Source: a phage
DNA length: 64,000 nucleotides
Sequence record: PZ151149.1
Reading direction: 5' to 3' (one strand)
A model generated the notes under the pieces. That model searched no databases, was not told where the DNA came from, and was given only the letters and a program-made list of their open reading frames with translations. Position numbers and translations under genes: made by a program. This document shows, in pieces, positions 37,801 to 44,703 of the stretch. The stretch's first letter is position 1. Each line of letters starts with the position of its first letter.

Positions 37801-37942
37801 TGTTGTTGGTTTAAATACTGCTGCGATCAACGAACACACCGAAGAAATTGCACTTCTTAAAGAAGAAAATAACCGTCTGAAAGAAGAAAATAAAATTCTT
37901 CATGATCGTCTTGCTGCAATTGAAGCAAAATTATTTGGTTAA
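34886..37942 (+). CDS. 37: long tail fibre distal subunit (gp37-like) with C-terminal intramolecular chaperone domain (1018 aa)
   Basis: N-terminus MADLSRIQFKRTS ... GELAINLADQ; C-terminal about 122 aa with SDIRVKKD motif, GLIAQEVQ and coiled coil typical of S74 self-cleaving chaperone domains. Confidence 0.8.
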   Translation: MADLSRIQFKRTSTKGRKPDASTMYPGELAINLADQYMFTKNDSGTLINLSCPPVYNRDVVMAGKVKGNDYILSKTANYFEDQTARDLNYFGAFRPNNADGWSNLILNIPHPSGKAHGRGFEFQYGSSSSQVKTYGFDKDGAKRFSFRMYHEGDKPTPSELNVYSKQEVDRMFVKNVKMSTPSSATGYFKIATAMIPQQGKMVFIRIYGGNGYNVNSPTQVDFVEIVILGGNGNPKGVTVAAYRRNSLNQLEVFAINTSGDNYDIYVKYGRYTDNVIVEFGKTVGVNLTVHDVPDFSEAKPAGTTFEGRIITMFNTENKRGSLYFDQNTQETYDIISLCDYSGTGKKYIRKFRSGPSYAIWHETVQDDTYRLSTGTTDSNEVLRITGRTMYTGKLVVDAGSNAIRMLRPTGQSNYLEYVDNRNGASKRQGWIGFGSIENDNFQWYSDVGKNSLQLDTTGQISLTTGATKIVYANGQYVSANSDAYRMIYGNYGAFWRNDGASVYLLSTAENDKFGAWNTYRPFIYNLVSGDVKLGGTNTACCLYLGIDGSTRIEDKLVFRAGSRQSMDYLEFVHWGASNTGRNNVLSLRDSKGFLAEFERKGDNTIQNTFFGRFKVNGDSNAITINAPTDSDAVYVKGTCNDVDNWYIGKGGAGNGLVFCSYKTNAAVHLTDNGEVLLAPQNTAIVNINRDRIHINGTQWVANQPHGWGNQWLSEAPIFVDFGTGVPYDTYMPIIKARSQTAGGYATKADFGIYRRGAGDNWGWGDAVIRVGSAESADSSHPNARFMFQANGDFRAPAGLRAGVNLGVGTDPALGGHSIAIGDNDTGLMWGGDGRINLLANGQHIASWGVFHQEHPGLWSVGAGFWTEVDKAIISHGHLIQANDSYSTYVRDIYIRSDIRVKKDLVKFENASKTLSKINGYKYLQKRGTNEDGSERWEENAGLIAQEVQAILPELVEGDPDSENLLRLNYNGVVGLNTAAINEHTEEIALLKEENNRLKEENKILHDRLAAIEAKLFG

Positions 37943-37950
37943 TTTAAATG

Positions 37951-37968
37951 GCGGGGAGAAATCCCCGC
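37951..37968 (+). other. stem-loop between gene 37 and first Gly-rich paralog
   Basis: GCGGGGA-GAAA-TCCCCGC, no U-tract; followed by AAGGA SD. Confidence 0.3.
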
Positions 37969-37980
37969 TAAGGATCTTAA

Positions 37981-38277
37981 ATGGGCTATTGGGTAAGTAA
38001 TGAACAAGGCACTAAAATAGATGCTGTAAAATGGCATGTTTTTGATATTCCTAATGGATATGTCCCCGGTCGTGCTGGTGTTGCCGTTTTGCGGCATACT
38101 GCTAATGATGTTTGGGGTGATATTCATATTTCCGTTGACGGTGTGGTCGCCGCGCGTCGTCGTGGTGGTGGGGATTGGGGATTTACGGTTAATGCGTTTG
38201 TTCCTGCTGGATGTACTGTCACCTTTGGTCATGGTGGTGGCGGTGGTATTGAATACTTTAAATTTATGGAGTTTTAA
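37981..38277 (+). CDS. glycine-rich small protein, paralog 1 (98 aa)
   Basis: MGYWV ... VFDIPNGYVPGRAGV ... RRGGGDWGFTV ... GHGGGGGIEYFKF; first of three tandem paralogs. Confidence 0.5.
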   Translation: MGYWVSNEQGTKIDAVKWHVFDIPNGYVPGRAGVAVLRHTANDVWGDIHISVDGVVAARRRGGGDWGFTVNAFVPAGCTVTFGHGGGGGIEYFKFMEF

Positions 38278-38279
38278 TT

Positions 38280-38585
38280 ATGGCTGGATGGGTTGCGGGA
38301 AGAATGGCTAATGCTATTAGCATTTATGCTAATGGTGGGTGGTTTGGTATCCCTAATGGTTGGGTGGCTGATTCATGCGGTATTGTGTCTGTTCATGCCG
38401 AAGCAGTTGGCGGTGGAGGTGACTTGGACGCCGAATTATATGTAAACGGTACTCTCGAATCAGGTCATCACGCTGGTAATGCCGGAAGTTGGGGAGCTAG
38501 TTCTTTAGTTGGTGTTGGCGCTACTGTCAGTTTTAGCATTGGTAAAGGAAGTTTACATCACTTCCAATTTAGGAGAATGCATTAA
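38280..38585 (+). CDS. glycine-rich small protein, paralog 2 (101 aa)
   Basis: WFGIPNGWVADSCGIV ... AVGGGGDLDAELYVNG; ATG 2 nt after previous stop. Confidence 0.5.
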   Translation: MAGWVAGRMANAISIYANGGWFGIPNGWVADSCGIVSVHAEAVGGGGDLDAELYVNGTLESGHHAGNAGSWGASSLVGVGATVSFSIGKGSLHHFQFRRMH

Positions 38586-38887
38586 TGGGATATTGGGTGT
38601 ATGGCGTTTTAGACAATAAAGCCGGTAAAGCGAATCAGGGATGGTTTGATATTCCTAACGGGTGGACGCCTGACGCTTTCGGTACGGTTTCATTTGGTGC
38701 TAGTTCTGCTGGTGGTGGCGGTGGTGACTCAGAATTGCTTTTGCATGGCTTTTGTGTGTCTGGAAGTCATAAGGGTCATGATTGGGGACAGATCCATTCT
38801 TGTATTGTGCCGCAGGGAGTAACGATCACGGTAACTACAAACAGGGGTATTTCCCATCTTCGTTATAGACGCTTGAGCAACCGTTAA
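38585..38887 (+). CDS. glycine-rich small protein, paralog 3 (100 aa)
   Basis: MGYWVYG ... WFDIPNGWTPDAFGTV ... SAGGGGGDSELLLHG; TAATG overlap with paralog 2. Confidence 0.5.
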   Translation: MGYWVYGVLDNKAGKANQGWFDIPNGWTPDAFGTVSFGASSAGGGGGDSELLLHGFCVSGSHKGHDWGQIHSCIVPQGVTITVTTNRGISHLRYRRLSNR

Positions 38888-38940
38888 AAAAAGAATTAAG
38901 GAAAACTCCCAGGGAAGGGAACTACTAAGGAGAAACGGCT

Positions 38941-39180
38941 ATGGTCTATAATATCGTCATGGGTGCTTTGTCTAATTTCGGAATGAAACTATTGTCAAAG
39001 TTAATTAGTGAAAAGATGCTCACTAAAATTTTCTTCTATTGCGCTCGTCGTCTTGCGGCTTATACTAATACGCCAATTGATGATCGTTTTGTGGAAGAAC
39101 TTTATAAGGAGTTTAATAAAGATCAGTCAGAAGATAGTAACGAGCAAGATAAACCTAGTGATAGTCAACTACCTAAATAA
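38941..39180 (+). CDS. hypothetical protein (79 aa)
   Basis: ATG with AAGGAG SD; hydrophobic N-terminus, acidic C-terminus. Confidence 0.4.
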   Translation: MVYNIVMGALSNFGMKLLSKLISEKMLTKIFFYCARRLAAYTNTPIDDRFVEELYKEFNKDQSEDSNEQDKPSDSQLPK

Positions 39181-39213
39181 GAGTACACTGTCATAGTTAT
39201 CTTAGGGCATTAT

Positions 39214-39870
39214 ATGCAAGTTTCTGAAAAAGGGAAAGACTTTGCTATCTCAAATGTCCTGCGCGCTATTTTCACAACTAAAAGCACGGAGTTGCTCGTA
39301 CTTCGTGTTTTTGCTGCCGTCGTGTTGTCTATATTAGCATTTGTCGTTTATAGTAAAAACGAGTTATTTGCGCTTTATAAAGAGACTCGTTATGAGACTT
39401 ATGCTCACGTTCTCCAGGTAGAGAAAGACCGCAATTTTGATAATGCAGCACAGGAGCAGTTACAGATAGTTCATGTGTCGGCTGATGCCGATTTTTCTGC
39501 TGTTTTTAGTTTTCGTCCGAAAAACCTAAACTATTTTGTTGATTTGGTGGCATATGAAGGAAAGCTACCGCATACAATCGATGAAAAAAATTTAGGCGGA
39601 TTCCCTATCAATAAAACGAGTGAAGAATATCGTAGGCATCTTTTAGGTAAATCCTATTTTACCGATAAAGATTTCCAGTATATTCCATCAAGAGAAAAGA
39701 AATTAGAGAGTATCGATATAGGGGTTATGTATTCTTGTCCTATATTCAATCTCGACAATGTCTATTCTGGTAGTATCTCCATTGCATGGAAGAATAAACC
39801 GGATATTGACATTGAGAATTTAGATACTCTTTGCAATCAATCTGCCAGAATCCTCGGAAGGATTAGATAA
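39214..39870 (+). CDS. t: holin T
   Basis: 218 aa (same as T4 T); single N-terminal TMD; long blocks matching recalled T4 T (LQIVHVSADADFSAVFSFRPKNLNYFVDLVAYEGKLP, YSCPIFNLDNVYSGSI, ARILGRIR). Confidence 0.85.
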   Translation: MQVSEKGKDFAISNVLRAIFTTKSTELLVLRVFAAVVLSILAFVVYSKNELFALYKETRYETYAHVLQVEKDRNFDNAAQEQLQIVHVSADADFSAVFSFRPKNLNYFVDLVAYEGKLPHTIDEKNLGGFPINKTSEEYRRHLLGKSYFTDKDFQYIPSREKKLESIDIGVMYSCPIFNLDNVYSGSISIAWKNKPDIDIENLDTLCNQSARILGRIR

Positions 39871-39876
39871 CTTAAA

Positions 39877-39908
39877 GGGGAAGCCTTTCGGCCTCCCCTT
39901 CTTTTTAT
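39877..39908. terminator. bidirectional terminator between convergent genes
   Basis: GGGGAAGCC-TTTC-GGCCTCCCC hairpin followed by TTCTTTTTAT on plus; minus-strand gene ends at 39905. Confidence 0.55.
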
Positions 39909-40153
39909 TGGCGCATAGAAGCCCCTGAATCGCATTTTGACGCTGTATGATGAAAACATGTAGCGTACCAGTCATCTGCTTGTTTGTCTTCGTCAGAAAA
40001 CGCGTAATTTCGTTGTACGCCGTTTTCTACTTTGACCAGTGCAATAGCTGTTTCTGGAAGATCAATCAATCGAACAAAATCACCATCTTCCCACTCTACA
40101 CGAGCAATATCATAACCCATCTCAAAATATACAATCGCTTGCTCTAATTTCAT
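39905..40153 (-). CDS. hypothetical protein (82 aa)
   Basis: ORF with ATG at 40153. Confidence 0.45.
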   Translation of the reverse strand: MKLEQAIVYFEMGYDIARVEWEDGDFVRLIDLPETAIALVKVENGVQRNYAFSDEDKQADDWYATCFHHTASKCDSGASMRQ

Positions 40154-40434
40154 TCTGGAAACTTCCCGTAAATGTTCTCTGCCAGCTTACGTGCATCGCT
40201 AATAATATCTTTCATGTGATGGTCGTATTGCTTTGCCATAATAAGAATACAATCAATGAAGAATGAATAACGTCTAGAATTTACTAAAAAGTTTTTACCT
40301 AGTGAATCAAACGGATCTGGATCATCAAGTTCGATAGATTCTCTAACTTTAGACAATTCTTTCATTACAAGGTTTACATCGTTTATAATATCTTTTGATT
40401 TATATGCGCCTTTCTTTAACAATGTGGCGGTCAA
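40150..40434 (-). CDS. hypothetical protein, ENIYG paralog 1 (94 aa, start uncertain)
   Basis: Track start is TTG with no SD; C-terminus DARKLAENIYG matches neighbour. Confidence 0.4.
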   Translation of the reverse strand: MTATLLKKGAYKSKDIINDVNLVMKELSKVRESIELDDPDPFDSLGKNFLVNSRRYSFFIDCILIMAKQYDHHMKDIISDARKLAENIYGKFPE

Positions 40435-40506
40435 TTCTGACGCAGTTTCTTGAAATTCTTTCTGATAAGCTGAGTTTACATCATCGATATTAAAAATAAT
40501 CGCCTC

Positions 40507-40839
40507 TCAAATATTGCCGTAAATGTTTTCGGTCATGGTTCTTGCTTCTTCCAGCATTTTGGTCATGCTCATAGTGTAGTTGTTATCTCGTACAGACTTA
40601 ATAACGACAAGCAAGGAATCTAGAAAAACTTTATAAGCTCTCCATTCTACTCCATTGCCGAACAGTTTTAGATCTTCCACTTTATCGATCAGATAACCTA
40701 AAACAGATAGCGCCTCGTTTACTTCTTCCGTTACTTTACTGCCACTAAACCAGATAGGGTAAAGCTGGATTGACAGCGACCGCGCTGCCTCTTTCAATTC
40801 GGTCGCTTTCCATGATTCATATTTGTCATAATTAAACAT
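40507..40839 (-). CDS. hypothetical protein, ENIYG paralog 2 (110 aa)
   Basis: ATG at 40839; C-terminus EARTMTENIYG. Confidence 0.45.
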   Translation of the reverse strand: MFNYDKYESWKATELKEAARSLSIQLYPIWFSGSKVTEEVNEALSVLGYLIDKVEDLKLFGNGVEWRAYKVFLDSLLVVIKSVRDNNYTMSMTKMLEEARTMTENIYGNI

Positions 40840-40851
40840 TGTATAATGTCC

Positions 40852-41184
40852 TTACAGATGAAAACCTGTTACAATCACCGCATCGATCATACCGCTAGGA
40901 ATAAACGGTTCACCCTCTTTTATTTCAACTTTGAATTGATGCCATTTCGCTAATACTTCTTCCGGTACACCCAGCGATTCGGCGTCTGCTTTAGTTTCAT
41001 CCATAATCCAACTAGGCTGCATGAGAGCATAGTTTACATAGTCCATTTCTGGGGTCATGTCATCAATGTTAATATATTTGCAGTTGACGCGTTTCAGAAT
41101 TTCAAATTCTTTATTGTCAACCTGTACCATGTATAATTCAGTAGTTTCTGGAATCAGTTCCCACACAATCAGTACATTTTTCAT
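40852..41184 (-). CDS. hypothetical protein (110 aa)
   Basis: ATG at 41184. Confidence 0.45.
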   Translation of the reverse strand: MKNVLIVWELIPETTELYMVQVDNKEFEILKRVNCKYINIDDMTPEMDYVNYALMQPSWIMDETKADAESLGVPEEVLAKWHQFKVEIKEGEPFIPSGMIDAVIVTGFHL

Positions 41185-41192
41185 AGTTCACC

Positions 41193-41561
41193 TCACTTAA
41201 CAAAGATTTTCTTTAATGCTTTCAGGATCGTTGCTTCCGGCGCTTCTTCCGGTGGAGGAAGCAATTCTACAACTTCCTCTTCCAACTCGATATAGTCTAC
41301 CAGATATTCTACATAGAATGCAAGTGCTTCCATGAAATTAGATGCTACATCCGATTCGCCACACGCGCCTACATGCATTGTATAAACATCACTGCGATCA
41401 AGTTTGTGAATACTCCCCAGATAGTTCCGGTTATACCAGACTTCCCACACTTTCAGCTTTCCGGTTTTGGTTGATGTTTTATAATCGGTTTCGTAATGAT
41501 GCAATTGACGTTGCAGATCATTGATAATAACACATTTTTCGTAATTGTTTTGAATTTCCAT
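41193..41561 (-). CDS. hypothetical protein (122 aa)
   Basis: ATG at 41561 with GAGGA SD. Confidence 0.5.
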   Translation of the reverse strand: MEIQNNYEKCVIINDLQRQLHHYETDYKTSTKTGKLKVWEVWYNRNYLGSIHKLDRSDVYTMHVGACGESDVASNFMEALAFYVEYLVDYIELEEEVVELLPPPEEAPEATILKALKKIFVK

Positions 41562-41571
41562 GATGTAATCC

Positions 41572-41763
41572 TCACTTATCGTTAAGAAGTTCTAAAACTT
41601 TCTGTCGTACTTTGTCAATATTAGTTGATTCAAAAACTGTACGGTATCCCCAGCTTTGACCGTATGATCGCGAGCAATCCCCATATCCCCATTGTTCAAC
41701 CTGATAGTATTCAAGGAATGGGTGTTGCCGAACTATGATACCATCGCGATTAAAAATTACCAT
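41572..41763 (-). CDS. hypothetical protein (63 aa)
   Basis: ATG at 41763 with GAGGA SD. Confidence 0.45.
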   Translation of the reverse strand: MVIFNRDGIIVRQHPFLEYYQVEQWGYGDCSRSYGQSWGYRTVFESTNIDKVRQKVLELLNDK

Positions 41764-41786
41764 AATATAATCCTCACGTCAACAAA

Positions 41787-42065
41787 CTATTTTCGGTTAT
41801 ACTTCTGCCACTTTCGGTAATACTGCTTGTAATATTGTTTAATGTTTGGTGGTTCGTCACTATACATGTTATCGACCATCATGTCAATAAGACCTTCCGG
41901 TGTTTGATAATTACCCGCTCTGATAAGTTCTTTAATCAAAAGATCTTGTGGTTCTTTGTATTTGACAATAACAACTGTCGTTTCTGCCTTTCCAATTCCG
42001 ATCCTGTCGTTAGCTCTCATCGCGTCCCACCAGTCTTTTGTAATCTTCATGTTATTGAATTGCAT
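41787..42065 (-). CDS. hypothetical protein (92 aa)
   Basis: ATG at 42065; basic C-terminus. Confidence 0.45.
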   Translation of the reverse strand: MQFNNMKITKDWWDAMRANDRIGIGKAETTVVIVKYKEPQDLLIKELIRAGNYQTPEGLIDMMVDNMYSDEPPNIKQYYKQYYRKWQKYNRK

Positions 42066-42068
42066 AAT

Positions 42069-42869
42069 TTAACCCTTCTTATATTCGCAAACATATTGAG
42101 TACCATAATCATAGCTAATGCGGCCTTTCTCGATGACCTCAAAGCGGATTTCATCGTTTTCCCCTACCCACATTTTGTACTCGTTGAAGTATCCTGCTAC
42201 ATCCGGTTTGCTCATACCAACAACCATATTTTTATATTGTTTGCTGCGTGTCAGATTTGATTTAAACACTTCGCGCTCATCAACATATACGAAAGAAGAC
42301 AATTCACCTTCGGTCATGGTCATTTTCAGCTTGCCGCCCTTGTTACCATAAGTAGAGTTGCCATACAATGGATCTTTGCGGCTGTCTGTTTCAATACCAT
42401 CAATGATTTTCCATGTAAATTTTGCAATGCACTGATAAGTGATAGATCCAGAGATTTTCTCTTCTTTCTTCTGTTCTTCCACCACTTTTTCTTCCTGTTT
42501 CGGTTGTTCTTCTTCAACCTTCGCAGAAGTCTCTGAATCGCTTTCTGACTCGGTTTCTTCTTTAGGTAATACATTCATCAAGTTTTGGATTTGAGCGTTG
42601 TATACAGCCTCCAGTGGCTGAATCTGCCCGATATTGATCATTGTATCACGAACAGTTTTATTCCAGTTGCGTTGCTCTTGTTTCAGAGACGGATCAATCT
42701 TAACAGCTTGAACATATACTTCATGAAGTTTAGAATCCAGTGCGGAGATAGACTCATTAGCACAAATAAACTTCTCTGATTTGGTAGTGGCTTTAGCGCA
42801 ATCAAAGGACGCAGCGTTAGCACCGAAAGCAGTAGCAGAAAGAACGATAGCAGCGATAATGTTTTTCAT
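42069..42869 (-). CDS. secreted LprI/DUF1311-like protein (266 aa)
   Basis: Signal peptide MKNIIAAIVLSATAFGANA; then FDCAKATTKSEKFICANESISALDSKLHEVY resembling the lysozyme-inhibitor LprI N-terminal domain; acidic linker; own promoter. Confidence 0.55.
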   Translation of the reverse strand: MKNIIAAIVLSATAFGANAASFDCAKATTKSEKFICANESISALDSKLHEVYVQAVKIDPSLKQEQRNWNKTVRDTMINIGQIQPLEAVYNAQIQNLMNVLPKEETESESDSETSAKVEEEQPKQEEKVVEEQKKEEKISGSITYQCIAKFTWKIIDGIETDSRKDPLYGNSTYGNKGGKLKMTMTEGELSSFVYVDEREVFKSNLTRSKQYKNMVVGMSKPDVAGYFNEYKMWVGENDEIRFEVIEKGRISYDYGTQYVCEYKKG

Positions 42870-42902
42870 AATATATTCCTCAATGTTTTTCTTGATGGGA
42901 GT

Positions 42903-42931
42903 ATCTTACTACTCCCTTAATCCGGTGTCAA
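42903..42931 (-). promoter_or_regulatory. sigma70-type early promoter cassette
   Basis: TTGACA (42931..42926), 17 nt spacer, TAAGAT (42908..42903). Confidence 0.65.
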
Positions 42932-42938
42932 CTACTTT

Positions 42939-43151
42939 TTAATTTTTACCCGCTCGTGCATTAATACGCATTTTCTGCATAGCCATGATCTGGTTTACTG
43001 CTTCTTCTTTACGTTCTTGCGTGATAACGTGACCAGATTCCGCAAACTCTCCAGAGACCTCTTCCACGATCTCGCGAACTTGAGAACGTCCAAAGATGCG
43101 GTTTCCTTCGTAGCTCATAAACTCTGTTACTACTTGCTCGATAGATTTCAT
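42939..43151 (-). CDS. hypothetical protein (70 aa)
   Basis: ATG at 43151 after GGAGAA SD and promoter cassette. Confidence 0.5.
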   Translation of the reverse strand: MKSIEQVVTEFMSYEGNRIFGRSQVREIVEEVSGEFAESGHVITQERKEEAVNQIMAMQKMRINARAGKN

Positions 43152-43180
43152 GTGATTCTCCTTTCGTTTGGTATGGGAGT

Positions 43181-43209
43181 ATCTTACTACTCCCGTTTCT
43201 TTACGTCAA
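43181..43209 (-). promoter_or_regulatory. sigma70-type early promoter cassette
   Basis: TTGACG (43209..43204), 17 nt spacer, TAAGAT (43186..43181). Confidence 0.6.
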
Positions 43210-43216
43210 CTGGTTT

Positions 43217-43732
43217 TTAGAAATTTTTCGCTTCTTCTTCGGTCATCATAACCGCGCATTCGTGCATAACTTTGAAAACCGGATCAATCATGTCGAATGC
43301 TTCGCGAGACAGTTTACGAGAAGCGATTTTGATTGCTTCAACGTCTTCTACTACAGGAACAAAAACAGTTTTCAGTTCATCGAGCACGGCAGCTTCTTTT
43401 TCATTCAGGAAGATTCCAGCGTCGTACAGTGCAACTTCGATAACATTAACTTTAACCATTTTTATTTCCTCCAGTTCGTTTCGGTATGGGAGTATAATAC
43501 TACCGATGACCTTTGGCGTCAACTGCTTTTTATTATTTTCGTGAAAATTTTTCGTTGCCTCTAGGTTCTTTTCGACCTTCATCCATTCCGCGTATTCTTG
43601 CGCGGCTACTTTCGGATTTAGTCCGTCTTCGTACATTGCTTCAAGTAATTCTTCGTCGGTGGGCTTATACCCTAAATAAGCCTCCACCTGATTTTTCCAA
43701 ATTTTATACCAGTTCATATTATCACCAATCAA
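43217..43732 (-). CDS. hypothetical ORF (171 aa) containing an internal promoter; C-terminal 81 aa probably also made separately from ATG 43459
   Basis: Continuous ORF; promoter/UTR/GGAGGAAATAAAA SD cassette lies in-frame at 43465..43522 just before internal ATG (MVKVNVIEVALYDAG...). Confidence 0.4.
   Translation of the reverse strand: MIGDNMNWYKIWKNQVEAYLGYKPTDEELLEAMYEDGLNPKVAAQEYAEWMKVEKNLEATKNFHENNKKQLTPKVIGSIILPYRNELEEIKMVKVNVIEVALYDAGIFLNEKEAAVLDELKTVFVPVVEDVEAIKIASRKLSREAFDMIDPVFKVMHECAVMMTEEEAKNF
43494..43522 (-). promoter_or_regulatory. sigma70-type early promoter cassette inside ORF 43217..43732
   Basis: TTGACG (43522..43517), 17 nt spacer, TATTAT -10. Confidence 0.55.
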
Positions 43733-43994
43733 GAGCGCGTGTCTCTGCGTCTTCCCATGCTTGATTCATAACAGCATTGAAAACATATTCTAAAGTATCA
43801 TCTTTAGAGAATCCGAAGATTTTAGACGGAATATCTTCAATTGCTACTCCCGCAACTTCTGCATTACGTGCTTGGCAATAATGCAACTCTAAGTTATCGA
43901 GATAGCGACCGCCTAATTTCTCCATATCATCCCAGCATTTCCAGTAACCTACTTTATTTGCAATTGCTAACACTTTGCTGTTTTCGTTGCTCAT
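43722..43994 (-). CDS. hypothetical protein (90 aa)
   Basis: ATG at 43994 after GGAGAA SD and promoter cassette. Confidence 0.5.
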   Translation of the reverse strand: MSNENSKVLAIANKVGYWKCWDDMEKLGGRYLDNLELHYCQARNAEVAGVAIEDIPSKIFGFSKDDTLEYVFNAVMNQAWEDAETRALDW

Positions 43995-44026
43995 CTTTGA
44001 TTCTCCTGTTGTTTCGGTATGGGAGT

Positions 44027-44055
44027 ATTATGCGGTGCTGGATTATGGAAGTCAA
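44027..44055 (-). promoter_or_regulatory. sigma70-type early promoter cassette
   Basis: TTGACT (44055..44050), 17 nt spacer, CATAAT. Confidence 0.55.
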
Positions 44056-44104
44056 CAACTTTTTAAAATAAAAAGCCGACCACAAGGATCGGCTTAATAA
44101 TCAG

Positions 44105-44500
44105 TTACTTACTAAATTTCTTTTTGGCTTCGTCTACTGCATGAGATGCTAGTACCGCTGCCGCATGTGCACTTTTATCTGTGTTGCAGAGAACACCCAG
44201 ATAAACATCACGCCAAAGTTTAATCATCTCATAGATCATATCAATATCATTTTCTTGTTTGTTGGTGATGCTATTCGTTGTTATCTGGTAAGGTAACGGC
44301 TTAATCTGTACTGGTTCCGCCATCGGGCTACTCGGTTTCGGATCAGTCATAATAGGTGCTGTTGTGTGTGGTGTTTTCCATACGCCATTATTCCACGGTT
44401 TAATCGTTGTATCGTAAAGTTTATAAGGATTTTTGTCTGGGTCAACCATCCATGCATGATGAGTACCCAAACCATTTGAAGTGATGCGTCGTTCAGTCAT
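44105..44500 (-). CDS. hypothetical protein (131 aa)
   Basis: ATG at 44500; proline-rich middle. Confidence 0.5.
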   Translation of the reverse strand: MTERRITSNGLGTHHAWMVDPDKNPYKLYDTTIKPWNNGVWKTPHTTAPIMTDPKPSSPMAEPVQIKPLPYQITTNSITNKQENDIDMIYEMIKLWRDVYLGVLCNTDKSAHAAAVLASHAVDEAKKKFSK

Positions 44501-44503
44501 AAT

Positions 44504-44701
44504 TTATTTCCTCTCTGAAAATTCTTTCATCAAGCTGTCGATCTTTGCTCTGTGTTCTGGCGTGTTTGTCATCTCTGCTAATTTACTCAGAGATTCACTG
44601 GTGATCCGGTTGGATTCTTCCAGTGTTTCAACGACAATTGGCACAATCTTTTTATTGTTGTACAGAAATGCAATATAACCGCCTTCTGGATATTCTTTCA
44701 T
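44504..44701 (-). CDS. hypothetical small protein (65 aa)
   Basis: ATG at 44701 (track start is TTG) directly after gene 52 stop. Confidence 0.4.
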   Translation of the reverse strand: MKEYPEGGYIAFLYNNKKIVPIVVETLEESNRITSESLSKLAEMTNTPEHRAKIDSLMKEFSERK

Positions 44702-44703
44702 AA

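Noticed and set aside
38100-38760. Glycine-codon runs (GGTGGTGGCGGTGG) as a possible CRISPR or simple-repeat array
   Set aside because: The runs are in-frame poly-Gly codons inside three coding paralogs, not regularly spaced direct repeats with spacers.
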